Assembly: GCA_024275415.1 (NCBI GenBank)
Contig: JAJRZD010000047.1
Span: 1-8,929, forward strand
DNA: 8,929 nucleotides
Reading direction: 5' to 3'
Source of the DNA: an archaeon
Lineage (GTDB): Archaea > Asgardarchaeota > Thorarchaeia > Thorarchaeales > Thorarchaeaceae
Position 1 is the first letter of the stretch. Every line of letters starts with the position of its first letter. Shown in pieces: positions 1 through 8,539 of this stretch. Made by a program: the position numbers and the translations under genes. The notes beneath the pieces were generated by a model that saw nothing but the letters and a program-made list of their open reading frames with translations, ran no database searches and was not told the DNA's origin.

Positions 1-13
1 GTTCTACTCAAAC
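1..13 (-). CRISPR. Probable truncated first CRISPR repeat (5' 13 nt, GTTTGAGTAGAAC) of an array extending off the left end
   Basis: Lies downstream of cas2 and a leader-like stretch. It aligns without gaps to the 5' half of known archaeal ~30-nt repeats (haloarchaeal I-B GTTTCAGACGAAC..., Thermococcus GTTTCCGTAGAAC..., both from memory). No spacer or second repeat is visible. Confidence 0.55.
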
Positions 14-121
14 CCTGCGGGAAAACCCTGAAAAGGGTAGGAACGGGGGCATATAACCTTTTTTTGGGGGAGGTGGTGCGCAACCCCCCGGTACTGTAGT
101 GAGTATATAAACCCCTGTGCA
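14..121 (-). promoter_or_regulatory. CRISPR leader (left), with BRE/TATA-like AAAAAAAGG-TTATAT (TATA at 56..51)
   Basis: Non-coding, starts 44 bp after the cas2 stop, carries an archaeal promoter-like motif ~40 nt before the putative repeat; canonical cas2-leader-array position. Confidence 0.65.
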
Positions 122-165
122 AGTGAGGGACAGTAGCGAGGGGGAGAGGGGCGTGACATGGGCCA

Positions 166-429
166 TTAGACGATGAAGGAGGTGTCGCCGAGTTCGACGC
201 CCATGATTTCTTTTTGGACATGATGGGGGTTACGGACTTTGAAGAAATAGATAGCATCATAATCAGGGTCTATTATATTTCTGAGTCCGGATTTAATGAG
301 TTCGAGTTGGGCGTTGGTGACGTTTCCTTGGAAGACGGAGTTTTGGATCCAAGTGAGGTAAGTTTTAAGGAATTCGTGCACTTTGGTTACTCTTTTTTCT
401 TTCACGTCATAGACGACCAAGAGGAACAA
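166..429 (-). CDS. cas2: CRISPR-associated protein Cas2 (87 aa from TTG 429; ORF is open to GTG 438)
   Basis: N-terminal LLVVYDV and WIQNSVFQG motifs, typical size, follows cas1. GGAG lies upstream of TTG 429. Confidence 0.97.
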   Translation of the reverse strand: MFLLVVYDVKEKRVTKVHEFLKTYLTWIQNSVFQGNVTNAQLELIKSGLRNIIDPDYDAIYFFKVRNPHHVQKEIMGVELGDTSFIV

Positions 430-443
430 GGGGAACACTCCTG

Positions 444-1412
444 TCAGAGGTCAATTGGTTTGTAAGTCCGGTCACCCAAAAAATGCTTAGCAAGTTTGTA
501 GCACTCCAATCGGATCATATAACGATATGAGACATTTCGTTTCAGGGTGGGATGTTTTTTTGTTTCTGAGAGGCGGTTATGGTATGCTTTGATGAACTCG
601 GTGAGAGGGTCTGGTTTTAAGCGATAGCCGATGTCTTTTTCGAATGAATCAGCACGAATGATATTTTGGTTTACAAGTCTGGTGATGACTCTCGTACAGA
701 CAAGGGGTTTAAAGAGGTCAGCGAGGTCAAGTGCGAGGGAATACCGACGTTCCAGAGGTTCGTGGAGGAACGAGATAGCTGGATGCAGATAGGTCTTATG
801 GATTTCTGAGAGGACAGTGGCATATAACATGGAATTGGCAAGGGAGATGAGGCTGTTCAAAGGGTCAGTTGGTGGACGATATGTCCGCGATTGTATCTTG
901 AAGGAAGGGCAAAGGATGTTATGTGCGTCGTAGTATTCTTTCCACATCATGCCTTCATGCCCCATCAGTTCAGCAGGTGTATCTCCGTCGATGGGGACTG
1001 ATTGCACAGAAAGTACCGCATTCCCTACATCTTTACCTCTCCGTTGGTAGTATTTGAGGGAATTGATCATTGCTGTCTTGATGCCTAGGACTAGCGAGCG
1101 TGCTATTTCCAATCGTTTCGAGGCGTTAAGGTGACACGCAGCTTGGCTGATAACGACTTTTCCCGAGATGAGGTCTTCTTTGGGCATGAGGCTGCCAATG
1201 TAAGCGCCATATTTATTGTAGAAATGTACGGGAATCCCTTCTTTCATCAACAGGTTGGCGGCGCCGCTTCTGACTGTTACTTTTCCAAGGCAATAGATAT
1301 CTGAAACATTCTTTATCGGAAATGGTCGCTTACCCGACTCCTCGTTTACCGTGTATATAGTGTTCGCTTTCCTGAACATGACAACGTTGGATTTGATGTA
1401 TATTGGTTCCAT
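444..1412 (-). CDS. cas1: CRISPR-associated integrase Cas1, type I-B (322 aa from ATG 1412; ORF is open to 1454)
   Basis: Motifs LMGHEG, RPPTDPLNSLISL, ISFLHE, SLALDLADLFKP supply the catalytic E/H/D. ATG 1412 sits 4 nt after the cas4 stop. Confidence 0.98.
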   Translation of the reverse strand: MEPIYIKSNVVMFRKANTIYTVNEESGKRPFPIKNVSDIYCLGKVTVRSGAANLLMKEGIPVHFYNKYGAYIGSLMPKEDLISGKVVISQAACHLNASKRLEIARSLVLGIKTAMINSLKYYQRRGKDVGNAVLSVQSVPIDGDTPAELMGHEGMMWKEYYDAHNILCPSFKIQSRTYRPPTDPLNSLISLANSMLYATVLSEIHKTYLHPAISFLHEPLERRYSLALDLADLFKPLVCTRVITRLVNQNIIRADSFEKDIGYRLKPDPLTEFIKAYHNRLSETKKHPTLKRNVSYRYMIRLECYKLAKHFLGDRTYKPIDL

Positions 1413-1416
1413 AAAA

Positions 1417-1911
1417 TCACACTCTACAAAAATCAAAGTACGAGCAACCTCCACAATGAGGTCGCTTTTGGATTGCTGGGGGAGATTGCATTTCGACGAT
1501 TGTTTCTATATGTTGGAGGATTCTATCAAGCTCTTCTTCTTGTTCCGCAGAGAGTTGTACTGTTTTCCTTATCCGTTCTTTCGGATAGACGAGTACGCCC
1601 TTCGCATTCTCGACACCCATTCGCTTCAGATAATAGAGGTAGTACAGAAGCTGGTATTCCGCAGGCTTGGTCAGCTTTCTTGATTTTTTGATTTCGAAGA
1701 TGACAACACCATCACGGGACGAGGCAAAGTCCACAGCAATTGTGTCGTGGATGATGATGTTCTTCTTCTCTCTTTTGAAAGCGGTTTCGTGAAGGAGACG
1801 GCCGAGGATGATGTTCTCATCTTCAAAGTTCATGTTGATGCCATGGGAATAGAACCACAGCTCCCTGTGGCAGGAAAAATAATATTGGACCATCACACCA
1901 GTTATCCGCAT
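1417..1911 (-). CDS. cas4: CRISPR-associated exonuclease Cas4 (164 aa)
   Basis: One N-terminal Cys (SCHR) plus C-terminal CxxC-x5-C for an Fe-S cluster; RecB-like D...EIK motif and QLLYY; GGAGG upstream of the ATG. Confidence 0.97.
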   Translation of the reverse strand: MRITGVMVQYYFSCHRELWFYSHGINMNFEDENIILGRLLHETAFKREKKNIIIHDTIAVDFASSRDGVVIFEIKKSRKLTKPAEYQLLYYLYYLKRMGVENAKGVLVYPKERIRKTVQLSAEQEEELDRILQHIETIVEMQSPPAIQKRPHCGGCSYFDFCRV

Positions 1912-1920
1912 CGTCCTCCC

Positions 1921-4260
1921 TCAAAGAATGATTGCGCTCTCGCCTGCGGGTATGAATCCAGTGTCATCATCGTATCTTCGATCGATGTCATAAGCAGAGA
2001 TGTATGCCAGGGTACCAACATAGTTGACCGCACCCAAGTTTTTTGCAGGCACTGAGATTATGTACTCCATCAGGTCACGTCGGATCTTGAGGAATTCCTG
2101 CCGTTTTCGAAATCGGGGCATGGAGGCACCGACCAGTTCTTTGTATTGGGACAGCACATTGCTTGCATGCGTATCGTATTCGATAAAGACATCAGTCAGG
2201 AGAGGTTGGTCATCGATCAATCTTACATCAGCAAATGCATGATATCCAAGTTTTGCCACATCAGCGAGGATTCTTGAGCTATCACTACTCGATTTGCCCA
2301 ATGACACTTCACGGAAATACTCGGAAGAAATCGAATGAAGGTTAGATTCATCAATCCCGTTGTGAGCCTCAATGATCCGTCGGGTCGTGTCCAACAAAGT
2401 AGCATCGTAAATATAGCTTGAGAAAGCTCTTCCTGTCCGTTCGTCTTTGATATATCTGACGTAACAAGTCCCCCTCTCACTTAACATGTTGCGATTGCAG
2501 CGACCGGATGCTTGGATAATAGAATCAAGTGGTGCGAAATCACGAGCGACCGTTGAAAAGTCGATATCGACACCTGCCTCAACAATCTGTGTGCTAACCA
2601 AAATCCGGTCTTGTGTGTCGCCACGCCGGATCTTACTGATCCGCTCCATACGGTGACGGGGGATGATTGAAGTGGTTAGAAAAATAAGATCCGCATTGAC
2701 CCCGGCGTTTTTGACAGCACAGTAGATTTCCTCTGCGGATTTCTTTGTGTTGAGAACCAGCAAAAGGTCATTATTCGTTTCTTTGACCAGAGAGTCCAGT
2801 ACATAATTCTTAAAGTCATCAAGACTGGTATCCGTCAAATCGATGTCATATGTGACTCTGGGAACCTCGCCAAAATACTCTTCAGGGGATTGGATAACCT
2901 CGGGAATAGAATCAAAGATGGCTGGCTGTGTTGCAGTTACTAGGATGAATCTTGTCCCTAATGTTTCAGCCAGTGTTTTTGCGATTTCTCTAAACAGTTT
3001 CCAGTACCTAAAAGGGATAGATTGGACTTCGTCAAGAATGATAATCGAACCAGCGATATTGTGAAACCTTCTCAGCGACCGATTGCGATAGCCTGCGAGG
3101 GTAAAGAACAACTGAACAAAAGTCGTCACAACTATTTCAGAATTCCATCCCTCGATCAGCAAATGCGACTCGTCGAAGCTATATTCTTTCTGCCCGTCAC
3201 CTGTATGATACAGGGTGTCGCCCATATGATGGTGCTTAAGAAGACGCGAACTAGGTGGTTTATTCAATATATCGTAGAGATCCGACCAATTCTGGTCAAT
3301 GATACTCGTAAAAGGGAGGCAATAGATTATCCGTGGTTTGTAGCCCTCTTCTAGTGAGACCCGATGCCTTAACTTTTGAGCCAGTGCTATAACACTATAG
3401 GTTTTCCCGAGACCTGTGGGAAGGGTGAGGGACAACAACCGTTCTTTCAGACTAACTCTCTGAGCAAATTCTAATACCTCATTCAGGGCTTTTGTGCGAA
3501 GTCTGTTAATCTTGGTAACAGGATTCCCGAACGATCTGACATGTTTCACAATAAAGTCATCCGGGAGATCAGGTCGTGGAACCATACCAGCCCCTGAAGC
3601 TTCTAACTTGTCCGCGTCGATTAGCAATGAATACAGATATGAAAGACCTATTGCGTCCGTTAAGGTTGTCCCATTCCTTCGCAGCTTCTTTTTGTACCTC
3701 CGAAGATTCTCTCGTATTTTGGGGAGGTCACTACATATCTGACTTGGCGTTATCACGGGGTTCTCTATTTCTTGATTTAGAACACCATGCAAATCTTTGA
3801 TGAATCTGTCATCAATCTGCCCTAGTTGGATCTCCATAAGCTCGATATCAGAATCTTTCAAGCTCAGGTCATCTTGTGCTGAGCCTAAATTGCCGTGATG
3901 TTGCTTTATTGCAAGATATGCAAAAAGCGGAAGTAACGACTTGGGCTCTTGGACGTTTTGGATGTCGAGAAGGTTCCAGATATTATGGAATGCAACGACA
4001 GCGGAAAGATGTCCGTGGCGAGACTCACGCAGGTTATGCTCTTTCTTGCGAACCCGTTTTTGAAACGAGTCCGTGGATTTTGCATAATCATGGAGCATCC
4101 CTGATATCCAAATCACCTTAGAGAAGTCGGGTGAGATATTGTGAGTGTAAGGCACTTGGTCTGCCATTGACTTTGCAGAGTTTGCGACTGATTTGAGATG
4201 TTCTAGAAGAGGTCGGTTTGAATGCGACCATATTTCAGATGAGAGCAATGTATTTGCCAC
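1921..4260 (-). CDS. cas3: Cas3 HD nuclease-SF2 helicase fusion (779 aa, GTG start; exact start uncertain)
   Basis: HD domain (LLEHL, LHDYAK, HHG, DAD) followed by Walker A PTGLGKT, DEVQ, TAT, STQIVEAGVDIDF and QASGRCNR. Confidence 0.98.
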   Translation of the reverse strand: MANTLLSSEIWSHSNRPLLEHLKSVANSAKSMADQVPYTHNISPDFSKVIWISGMLHDYAKSTDSFQKRVRKKEHNLRESRHGHLSAVVAFHNIWNLLDIQNVQEPKSLLPLFAYLAIKQHHGNLGSAQDDLSLKDSDIELMEIQLGQIDDRFIKDLHGVLNQEIENPVITPSQICSDLPKIRENLRRYKKKLRRNGTTLTDAIGLSYLYSLLIDADKLEASGAGMVPRPDLPDDFIVKHVRSFGNPVTKINRLRTKALNEVLEFAQRVSLKERLLSLTLPTGLGKTYSVIALAQKLRHRVSLEEGYKPRIIYCLPFTSIIDQNWSDLYDILNKPPSSRLLKHHHMGDTLYHTGDGQKEYSFDESHLLIEGWNSEIVVTTFVQLFFTLAGYRNRSLRRFHNIAGSIIILDEVQSIPFRYWKLFREIAKTLAETLGTRFILVTATQPAIFDSIPEVIQSPEEYFGEVPRVTYDIDLTDTSLDDFKNYVLDSLVKETNNDLLLVLNTKKSAEEIYCAVKNAGVNADLIFLTTSIIPRHRMERISKIRRGDTQDRILVSTQIVEAGVDIDFSTVARDFAPLDSIIQASGRCNRNMLSERGTCYVRYIKDERTGRAFSSYIYDATLLDTTRRIIEAHNGIDESNLHSISSEYFREVSLGKSSSDSSRILADVAKLGYHAFADVRLIDDQPLLTDVFIEYDTHASNVLSQYKELVGASMPRFRKRQEFLKIRRDLMEYIISVPAKNLGAVNYVGTLAYISAYDIDRRYDDDTGFIPAGESAIIL

Positions 4261-4948
4261 TTCCTAGGTCAAACATTGGCTCAGTAAATGTGCCTGAGAG
4301 AGGGTTTCCTCCTGCATCGAAGACCAAATCGATATACCCCTTGGGTGTACGATCCATATCTACTGCGATTGGCATCCTTTCAATCATGTATTTATGCCCA
4401 CTCTGAATGGAAAGATTCGATATCCATTTCTTTGGAACCGCCGTGAGAACTGCATTCTCTTTTGACAACCTGATGGGGTTTGCTTCGTAGTTCCCCACGA
4501 ATTGGAAATCTGCAATGCAGTATGCGACGCCTAGATATGGTGTGAAATAGCTCTTGTGTGCATTGAGCATATCTGCCAATCGATCCATGATTCCATCATT
4601 TGGTGAATGAAAGTAGATTCTGTATCTTGGTGCACGTACATATTCATATCGTACCTGGATACGTGGAGACCCTGATATCCCAAGTGGAACGACTTCGTGT
4701 TCTGTGTTGATGAGGTTTATCATGATTCTTGCTTTCGAGATTTTGGAAAGAACCTGTACGCCGAATCTCGCCGACTGTAACTTATCATACGCCTCATCAT
4801 AGCGGAGTCCTATTATCGCTCCCACAAGTCCGCGTAGGCTGCTTGGTGTAGGTATTGAGAAGGTGAGTGCAGATGTGGTCGTGTAATTTTTCCTGAATTG
4901 AGCGAAAGACGAACTCACATCGAAAGAGAGGATTCTCACTTTGCTCAA
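4235..4948 (-). CDS. cas5: Cas5 (Cas5h/I-B type; 237 aa from TTG 4948; ORF is open to TTG 4957)
   Basis: N-terminal FAQFRK..TTTSALTFSIPTPSSLRGLVGAIIG and a PYLG motif; located between cas7 and cas3; GGAG 9 nt upstream of TTG 4948. Confidence 0.95.
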   Translation of the reverse strand: MSKVRILSFDVSSSFAQFRKNYTTTSALTFSIPTPSSLRGLVGAIIGLRYDEAYDKLQSARFGVQVLSKISKARIMINLINTEHEVVPLGISGSPRIQVRYEYVRAPRYRIYFHSPNDGIMDRLADMLNAHKSYFTPYLGVAYCIADFQFVGNYEANPIRLSKENAVLTAVPKKWISNLSIQSGHKYMIERMPIAVDMDRTPKGYIDLVFDAGGNPLSGTFTEPMFDLGSGKYIALI

Positions 4949-4963
4949 CGCTTTCAACTCCTG

Positions 4964-5941
4964 TTAGAACTCGAGTCTTTCAGTTGTGATGCCTTTAGAC
5001 TTCAATCCCTCTTCTAGACTGGTCACATTGCCATCAGCCACAAACGTAAGAAAGTCACTCACTGCAAATCTGACCTTGACAATCTTGCCCTTCACCGTTC
5101 CAAGTGCATTGAGGAGTGGCCCAATCTCGATCTGGTAATCTTTTGGATCACGGATCTCTAGGTCTCCAAGTTCACTCTTGAGAGAAACCAATCGGTCTAG
5201 ATCCCCATAGTGATACGAGTCCTCTCCGTACACGACATCCAGTATAAGATGAGGTGTCTGTCCCATCTTGGAACGTGTGATCAGGTTCTTGGTTCCCATC
5301 CACATCCCTTCAAGCAGCAAGTCCATATCTTCATCAGTCATCAGTGTGTCTCTGGCTGCGTTCTCGTTGACTAATCCGTAAAAGGCTATCAATGAATACG
5401 GGAGTACGTATTCTTCGCGGAATGTCTGCTGTGCGAGTCCTGCCTTGGATGCAAATGCCCCTGTTCCCTGGATGTACTTTGTTTCCACTCGATGCAACGA
5501 ACGTCCCATGCGGAATTGGGTAGGACCCACAAGGACGAGTGCACCTTTCTTCTTTTCAGCCTCGACGGGTATCACAGCCCCGAACATTCTGATATCTACG
5601 CATTTTTGAAGGATCTCTTTTCTTCCAATCTCCAAGATTTCACTGAGTTTCTTGGTCTTGTCCTTGAACGGTTCCAGGAAGTTCTTAAAGCGCTCCTTGG
5701 CGTCCTGAATACCCACCCCATCAGCCATGGCTATCTGTCGGATAAATATCTCCTTTTTCAGAAAGTCATATATGTAGTCGCGAATGGTACGCTTCAATCT
5801 CACATCTGTCACGAGATTGGTTTCTGTTTCTTCATCGATTCTAGGTCGATTCTCGTCTGCTGGATCACCATTTGGATTGACGAATTTCGCATCGTATAGA
5901 AACAGGATTTCATGTCGGTTCTTTAGCGGTTCCAAACTCAT
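4964..5941 (-). CDS. cas7: Cas7 backbone subunit (Csh2/Cas7b; 325 aa)
   Basis: NPNGDP..ENRPRID and LVTDVRLKRTIRDY motifs, DIRMFG; ATGA overlap with the cas8b stop. Confidence 0.97.
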   Translation of the reverse strand: MSLEPLKNRHEILFLYDAKFVNPNGDPADENRPRIDEETETNLVTDVRLKRTIRDYIYDFLKKEIFIRQIAMADGVGIQDAKERFKNFLEPFKDKTKKLSEILEIGRKEILQKCVDIRMFGAVIPVEAEKKKGALVLVGPTQFRMGRSLHRVETKYIQGTGAFASKAGLAQQTFREEYVLPYSLIAFYGLVNENAARDTLMTDEDMDLLLEGMWMGTKNLITRSKMGQTPHLILDVVYGEDSYHYGDLDRLVSLKSELGDLEIRDPKDYQIEIGPLLNALGTVKGKIVKVRFAVSDFLTFVADGNVTSLEEGLKSKGITTERLEF

Positions 5942-6351
5942 TCTTCATCATCTCCCTTTGTACTCTTGATTTTATAGGATTGGTTGAGCCCGATGACAAA
6001 GCTAAGGCTGAGTTCATCATCGTCAACGTCCTCCGTTGCAGCACTCATGATCTCTTCAGCAAGCATATGCTCAAGACCCTGGTAGCTCCCTGAGTGTCCA
6101 TATGCTTTCAATTTCATCTCTACTTGAACATAAAGACGTTGAAGCCTTTTCATCGTGAATCTCAAGTTATGTAGTTTTTTCTCGAACGGAGCAGCTCCTC
6201 GCTCATATGCTTGGATGGCCAACAACCGTCCTGTCAACAGTCCAATCAGAAAGGCAGCTTTCTGTGAATGTGTTTCGAAAAAGCTAGGATGCTCTTTTAG
6301 GATGGCCTCAACTATCTGTTCTCTTTCCAGTTCTTGTGTTTGTCCTTTCAT
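5938..6351 (-). CDS. cas11: Probable Cas11 small subunit made by internal in-frame initiation in cas8b (137 aa, MKGQTQELERE...)
   Basis: In-frame ATG at 6351 preceded by GGTGGTGAT (6369..6361) at 9-nt spacing, in a linker (NNGGDTEK) just before the helical C-terminal domain. Internal Cas11 initiation is established for I-B, I-C and I-D systems. Confidence 0.75.
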   Translation of the reverse strand: MKGQTQELEREQIVEAILKEHPSFFETHSQKAAFLIGLLTGRLLAIQAYERGAAPFEKKLHNLRFTMKRLQRLYVQVEMKLKAYGHSGSYQGLEHMLAEEIMSAATEDVDDDELSLSFVIGLNQSYKIKSTKGDDEE

Positions 6352-7749
6352 TTTTTCAGTATCACCACCATTATTGGATATGTGAACGAACTCCAAGAGC
6401 ATCATCGACCGCAGCACACTGTCATTCATCTTACGCTTTTCAGAAGCAGATGAACGACCCACCAATCTGTCAAGCCCATGCTCATTGCGTTGTTTCTCAA
6501 GATATGTCAAGACTCGACTCAAGAGAAACCTCCGATTGACCTTTTGACCTTTGAAAATCCGTCCAGTCACTTCGATGAATTCTTTGAAGTCCTTCGCGTC
6601 ACGGCCTAATGCAACGATATCTCTGAGAATCGAGAAATTGAATGAAACAAATGATTCAGAATACAACTCTTTCTTCTCAAGACTTTCTTTTATGCTAAAA
6701 ATCCGCGAGATACGTGAAGGCAATACGTCTTCAAGGTATCCCAAGATCCGCATGGAAGCCTGTTCCATGATGAATATCAAAAAGTTGAGAAGTACAGAAT
6801 CATCCAACTTGGAAACGGATTTTAGTATCTCATTCTCTTCGTCAGTAAGCCTCCCACTGTCATCTGCTATTGATATATCATCGCGCTGTTCTCGGAAAAT
6901 ATCCAAGATATCACGAAGCGCATCAGAATGTCCTAAGATCGTCCTTGGTATGAGATAATATTTTGCCCCATAGAACTTGAACAATAGATGCTCATCAAGA
7001 AACTTCTTTGATGTTTCTAAGGCGATAGCACATTCAAAACAGACAGGAAATGATTTCCATCCTTGTGAAACATCAAGCACTGGTGCAAATCCTTTCTTGT
7101 GAAGATTATAGAACGAGAATATATCAGTGACAAACCCATAGACCTCATCCTTTGTGTCATTACACATATAGCAGATACCCTCGTTCCTAGCAGTGGTACC
7201 ATATTTCGTGTAGTACCTTTCCTTTACGAGTTCCACGAATAACCGCATGAACTGCTTTGATTCACCAATAAGGTGCCTCCCATTGTGATCCAGTTCGATG
7301 GTGAGCAAAGTGTTCCCCTTGGATCTATCAATTGTGTGGAGGAGTTTGTCTATTTCGTTCACTATGCGTTCTTCTTTCTTCATCAGGGCATCTCCAACAC
7401 CCAGAATGTAGTCCAATTCCTCCTCGGGTATCTTGTCTTTCCCCCATTTAGGAACACGCTTGAACCATCCCAGAACCTTCTTAGGAAATGTCTTCGCCAC
7501 CTCTGTAATAAGAGCAGCCGGGGTGGTGCCAGGACCGTTAGGAGGACCTTGGCGATATAGATATTTTATCGCATTGTCAGGGTCGAAATCAATGATTGCA
7601 GCACCCTGGTAGTCCCACGTGTCGCCCTTCTTCACCTTGAGCACAATCACTTTGTCTATGACTTGGTGCAGTGTCAGTACTTTTTGTAAGATGGGAACAT
7701 TGCGATCCTTGTCCAATAACTTGGCAATATCACGCATAGCGGTAATCAT
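5938..7749 (-). CDS. cas8b: Cas8b large subunit (Csh1/TM1802-like; 603 aa from ATG 7749; ORF is open to TTG 7755)
   Basis: KYLYRQG..NGP..TP N-terminal motif, CxxC...FPVCxxC zinc finger, helical C-terminal domain, position between cas6 and cas7; GAGGTGG 6 nt upstream of ATG 7749. Confidence 0.93.
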   Translation of the reverse strand: MITAMRDIAKLLDKDRNVPILQKVLTLHQVIDKVIVLKVKKGDTWDYQGAAIIDFDPDNAIKYLYRQGPPNGPGTTPAALITEVAKTFPKKVLGWFKRVPKWGKDKIPEEELDYILGVGDALMKKEERIVNEIDKLLHTIDRSKGNTLLTIELDHNGRHLIGESKQFMRLFVELVKERYYTKYGTTARNEGICYMCNDTKDEVYGFVTDIFSFYNLHKKGFAPVLDVSQGWKSFPVCFECAIALETSKKFLDEHLLFKFYGAKYYLIPRTILGHSDALRDILDIFREQRDDISIADDSGRLTDEENEILKSVSKLDDSVLLNFLIFIMEQASMRILGYLEDVLPSRISRIFSIKESLEKKELYSESFVSFNFSILRDIVALGRDAKDFKEFIEVTGRIFKGQKVNRRFLLSRVLTYLEKQRNEHGLDRLVGRSSASEKRKMNDSVLRSMMLLEFVHISNNGGDTEKMKGQTQELEREQIVEAILKEHPSFFETHSQKAAFLIGLLTGRLLAIQAYERGAAPFEKKLHNLRFTMKRLQRLYVQVEMKLKAYGHSGSYQGLEHMLAEEIMSAATEDVDDDELSLSFVIGLNQSYKIKSTKGDDEE

Positions 7750-7751
7750 GT

Positions 7752-8444
7752 TCAACCACCTCTTATCGGATTGATAAACCCGAACCCCAAGGAGTTCTTC
7801 TCACCCAGGCCGGTTTCCATAAGAAAGTGATAGAATTCTCTGAACTCTTCAATATCGTGTTTGACAAGTGATTTCCACATCGTACCAATGAACACCAAGT
7901 CCTGACCCCTTATGTTGACTGGCACTGCTATCTCCCTACGAAGCTCCACCTCATCGAAAATTGGTCCCTCTATATCCAGCCTTGTGCCAGTAAAGAACTC
8001 GTACTTCTTCAATGCATTGTCCTTCAACCTGTCAAGAAAGAATGAAATATCTCCATGCTTTCTGAATGAAAAAAACTCGCCACTTTGACTATCTCTGTAC
8101 AACAAAATCGGACTCCCTGACTGGAATTCGTGTCGAACTTTTATCGCGAGTACTTTTGCTGTCTTAATCACAAAGTCCTCTGTCCCTAACCGTATCACTT
8201 GTCGTGCTCTCGTCCATTCCAGGATGGTCTCAATGAGACCTGGATAGGGCGAGGATATTATCAGTGACCCCCTGCCTCTACGGTCATAAAAAAAATCAGA
8301 ATAGGTGAAATATTTGAACCCTGACTTGTCGTGCGCTTTCCCGAACATGGTCTCTCCTAATGCCGTATAGATCATTCCTTGGATGCTGTGCTTGTCTGGA
8401 TAGTAGCGACCATTCCTATTTTGTAGCGATAGAAGCATCCTCAC
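7752..8444 (-). CDS. cas6: Cas6 crRNA-processing endoribonuclease (230 aa from GTG 8444; ORF is open to GTG 8468)
   Basis: C-terminal GLGEKNSLGFG glycine-rich loop and HD..GFKYFTYS motif; GGGGGCGA 6 nt upstream of GTG 8444. Confidence 0.96.
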   Translation of the reverse strand: MRMLLSLQNRNGRYYPDKHSIQGMIYTALGETMFGKAHDKSGFKYFTYSDFFYDRRGRGSLIISSPYPGLIETILEWTRARQVIRLGTEDFVIKTAKVLAIKVRHEFQSGSPILLYRDSQSGEFFSFRKHGDISFFLDRLKDNALKKYEFFTGTRLDIEGPIFDEVELRREIAVPVNIRGQDLVFIGTMWKSLVKHDIEEFREFYHFLMETGLGEKNSLGFGFINPIRGG

Positions 8445-8486
8445 ATCCAATCGCCCCCAATTTCGCACTAGTCCAAGCTTTCGCTC

Positions 8487-8500
8487 CTTATAAGAACTTC
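8487..8500 (-). promoter_or_regulatory. Putative archaeal promoter of the cas operon (TATA box TTATAA at 8493..8488)
   Basis: TTATAA lies ~44 nt upstream of the likely cas6 start, implying a TSS near 8462-8466. The BRE match is weak. Confidence 0.6.
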
Positions 8501-8517
8501 GTGTGTGTAGGCCCGAA

Positions 8518-8539
8518 TAGTTCTAATGATATAGAACTA
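8518..8539. promoter_or_regulatory. Palindrome TAGTTCTA-n6-TAGAACTA (operator-like site or hairpin)
   Basis: Perfect 8-bp arms (8518..8525, 8532..8539) ~25 bp upstream of the putative cas6 TATA box. The structure is seen directly; the function is inferred. Confidence 0.45.

Larger units (their letters stand above)
1..121. repeat. Left copy of a perfect 121-bp inverted repeat (partner 8809..8929)
   Basis: Base-by-base comparison: 1..121 equals the reverse complement of 8809..8929. The first mismatch is at 122/8808. Confidence 0.99.

Noticed and set aside
444-1412. Cas1 has DLADLFKP rather than the common DxxExFKP
   Set aside because: Asp at this metal-binding position is also found in active Cas1 (E. 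coli D221), so it is not evidence of inactivation.
1921-4260. Cas3 variants HDYAK (vs HDxGK), DEVQ and TAT
   Set aside because: Catalytic H/D and D/E residues are retained; these variants are within the normal range for type I-B Cas3.
214-7560. Plus-strand ORFs and short alternative-frame minus ORFs in the track (e.g. 214..465, 1351..1683, 3022..3354, 5492..5899, 6551..6958, 7273..7560)
   Set aside because: All lie fully or almost fully within well-supported cas genes and have no recognisable motifs; treated as shadow ORFs.
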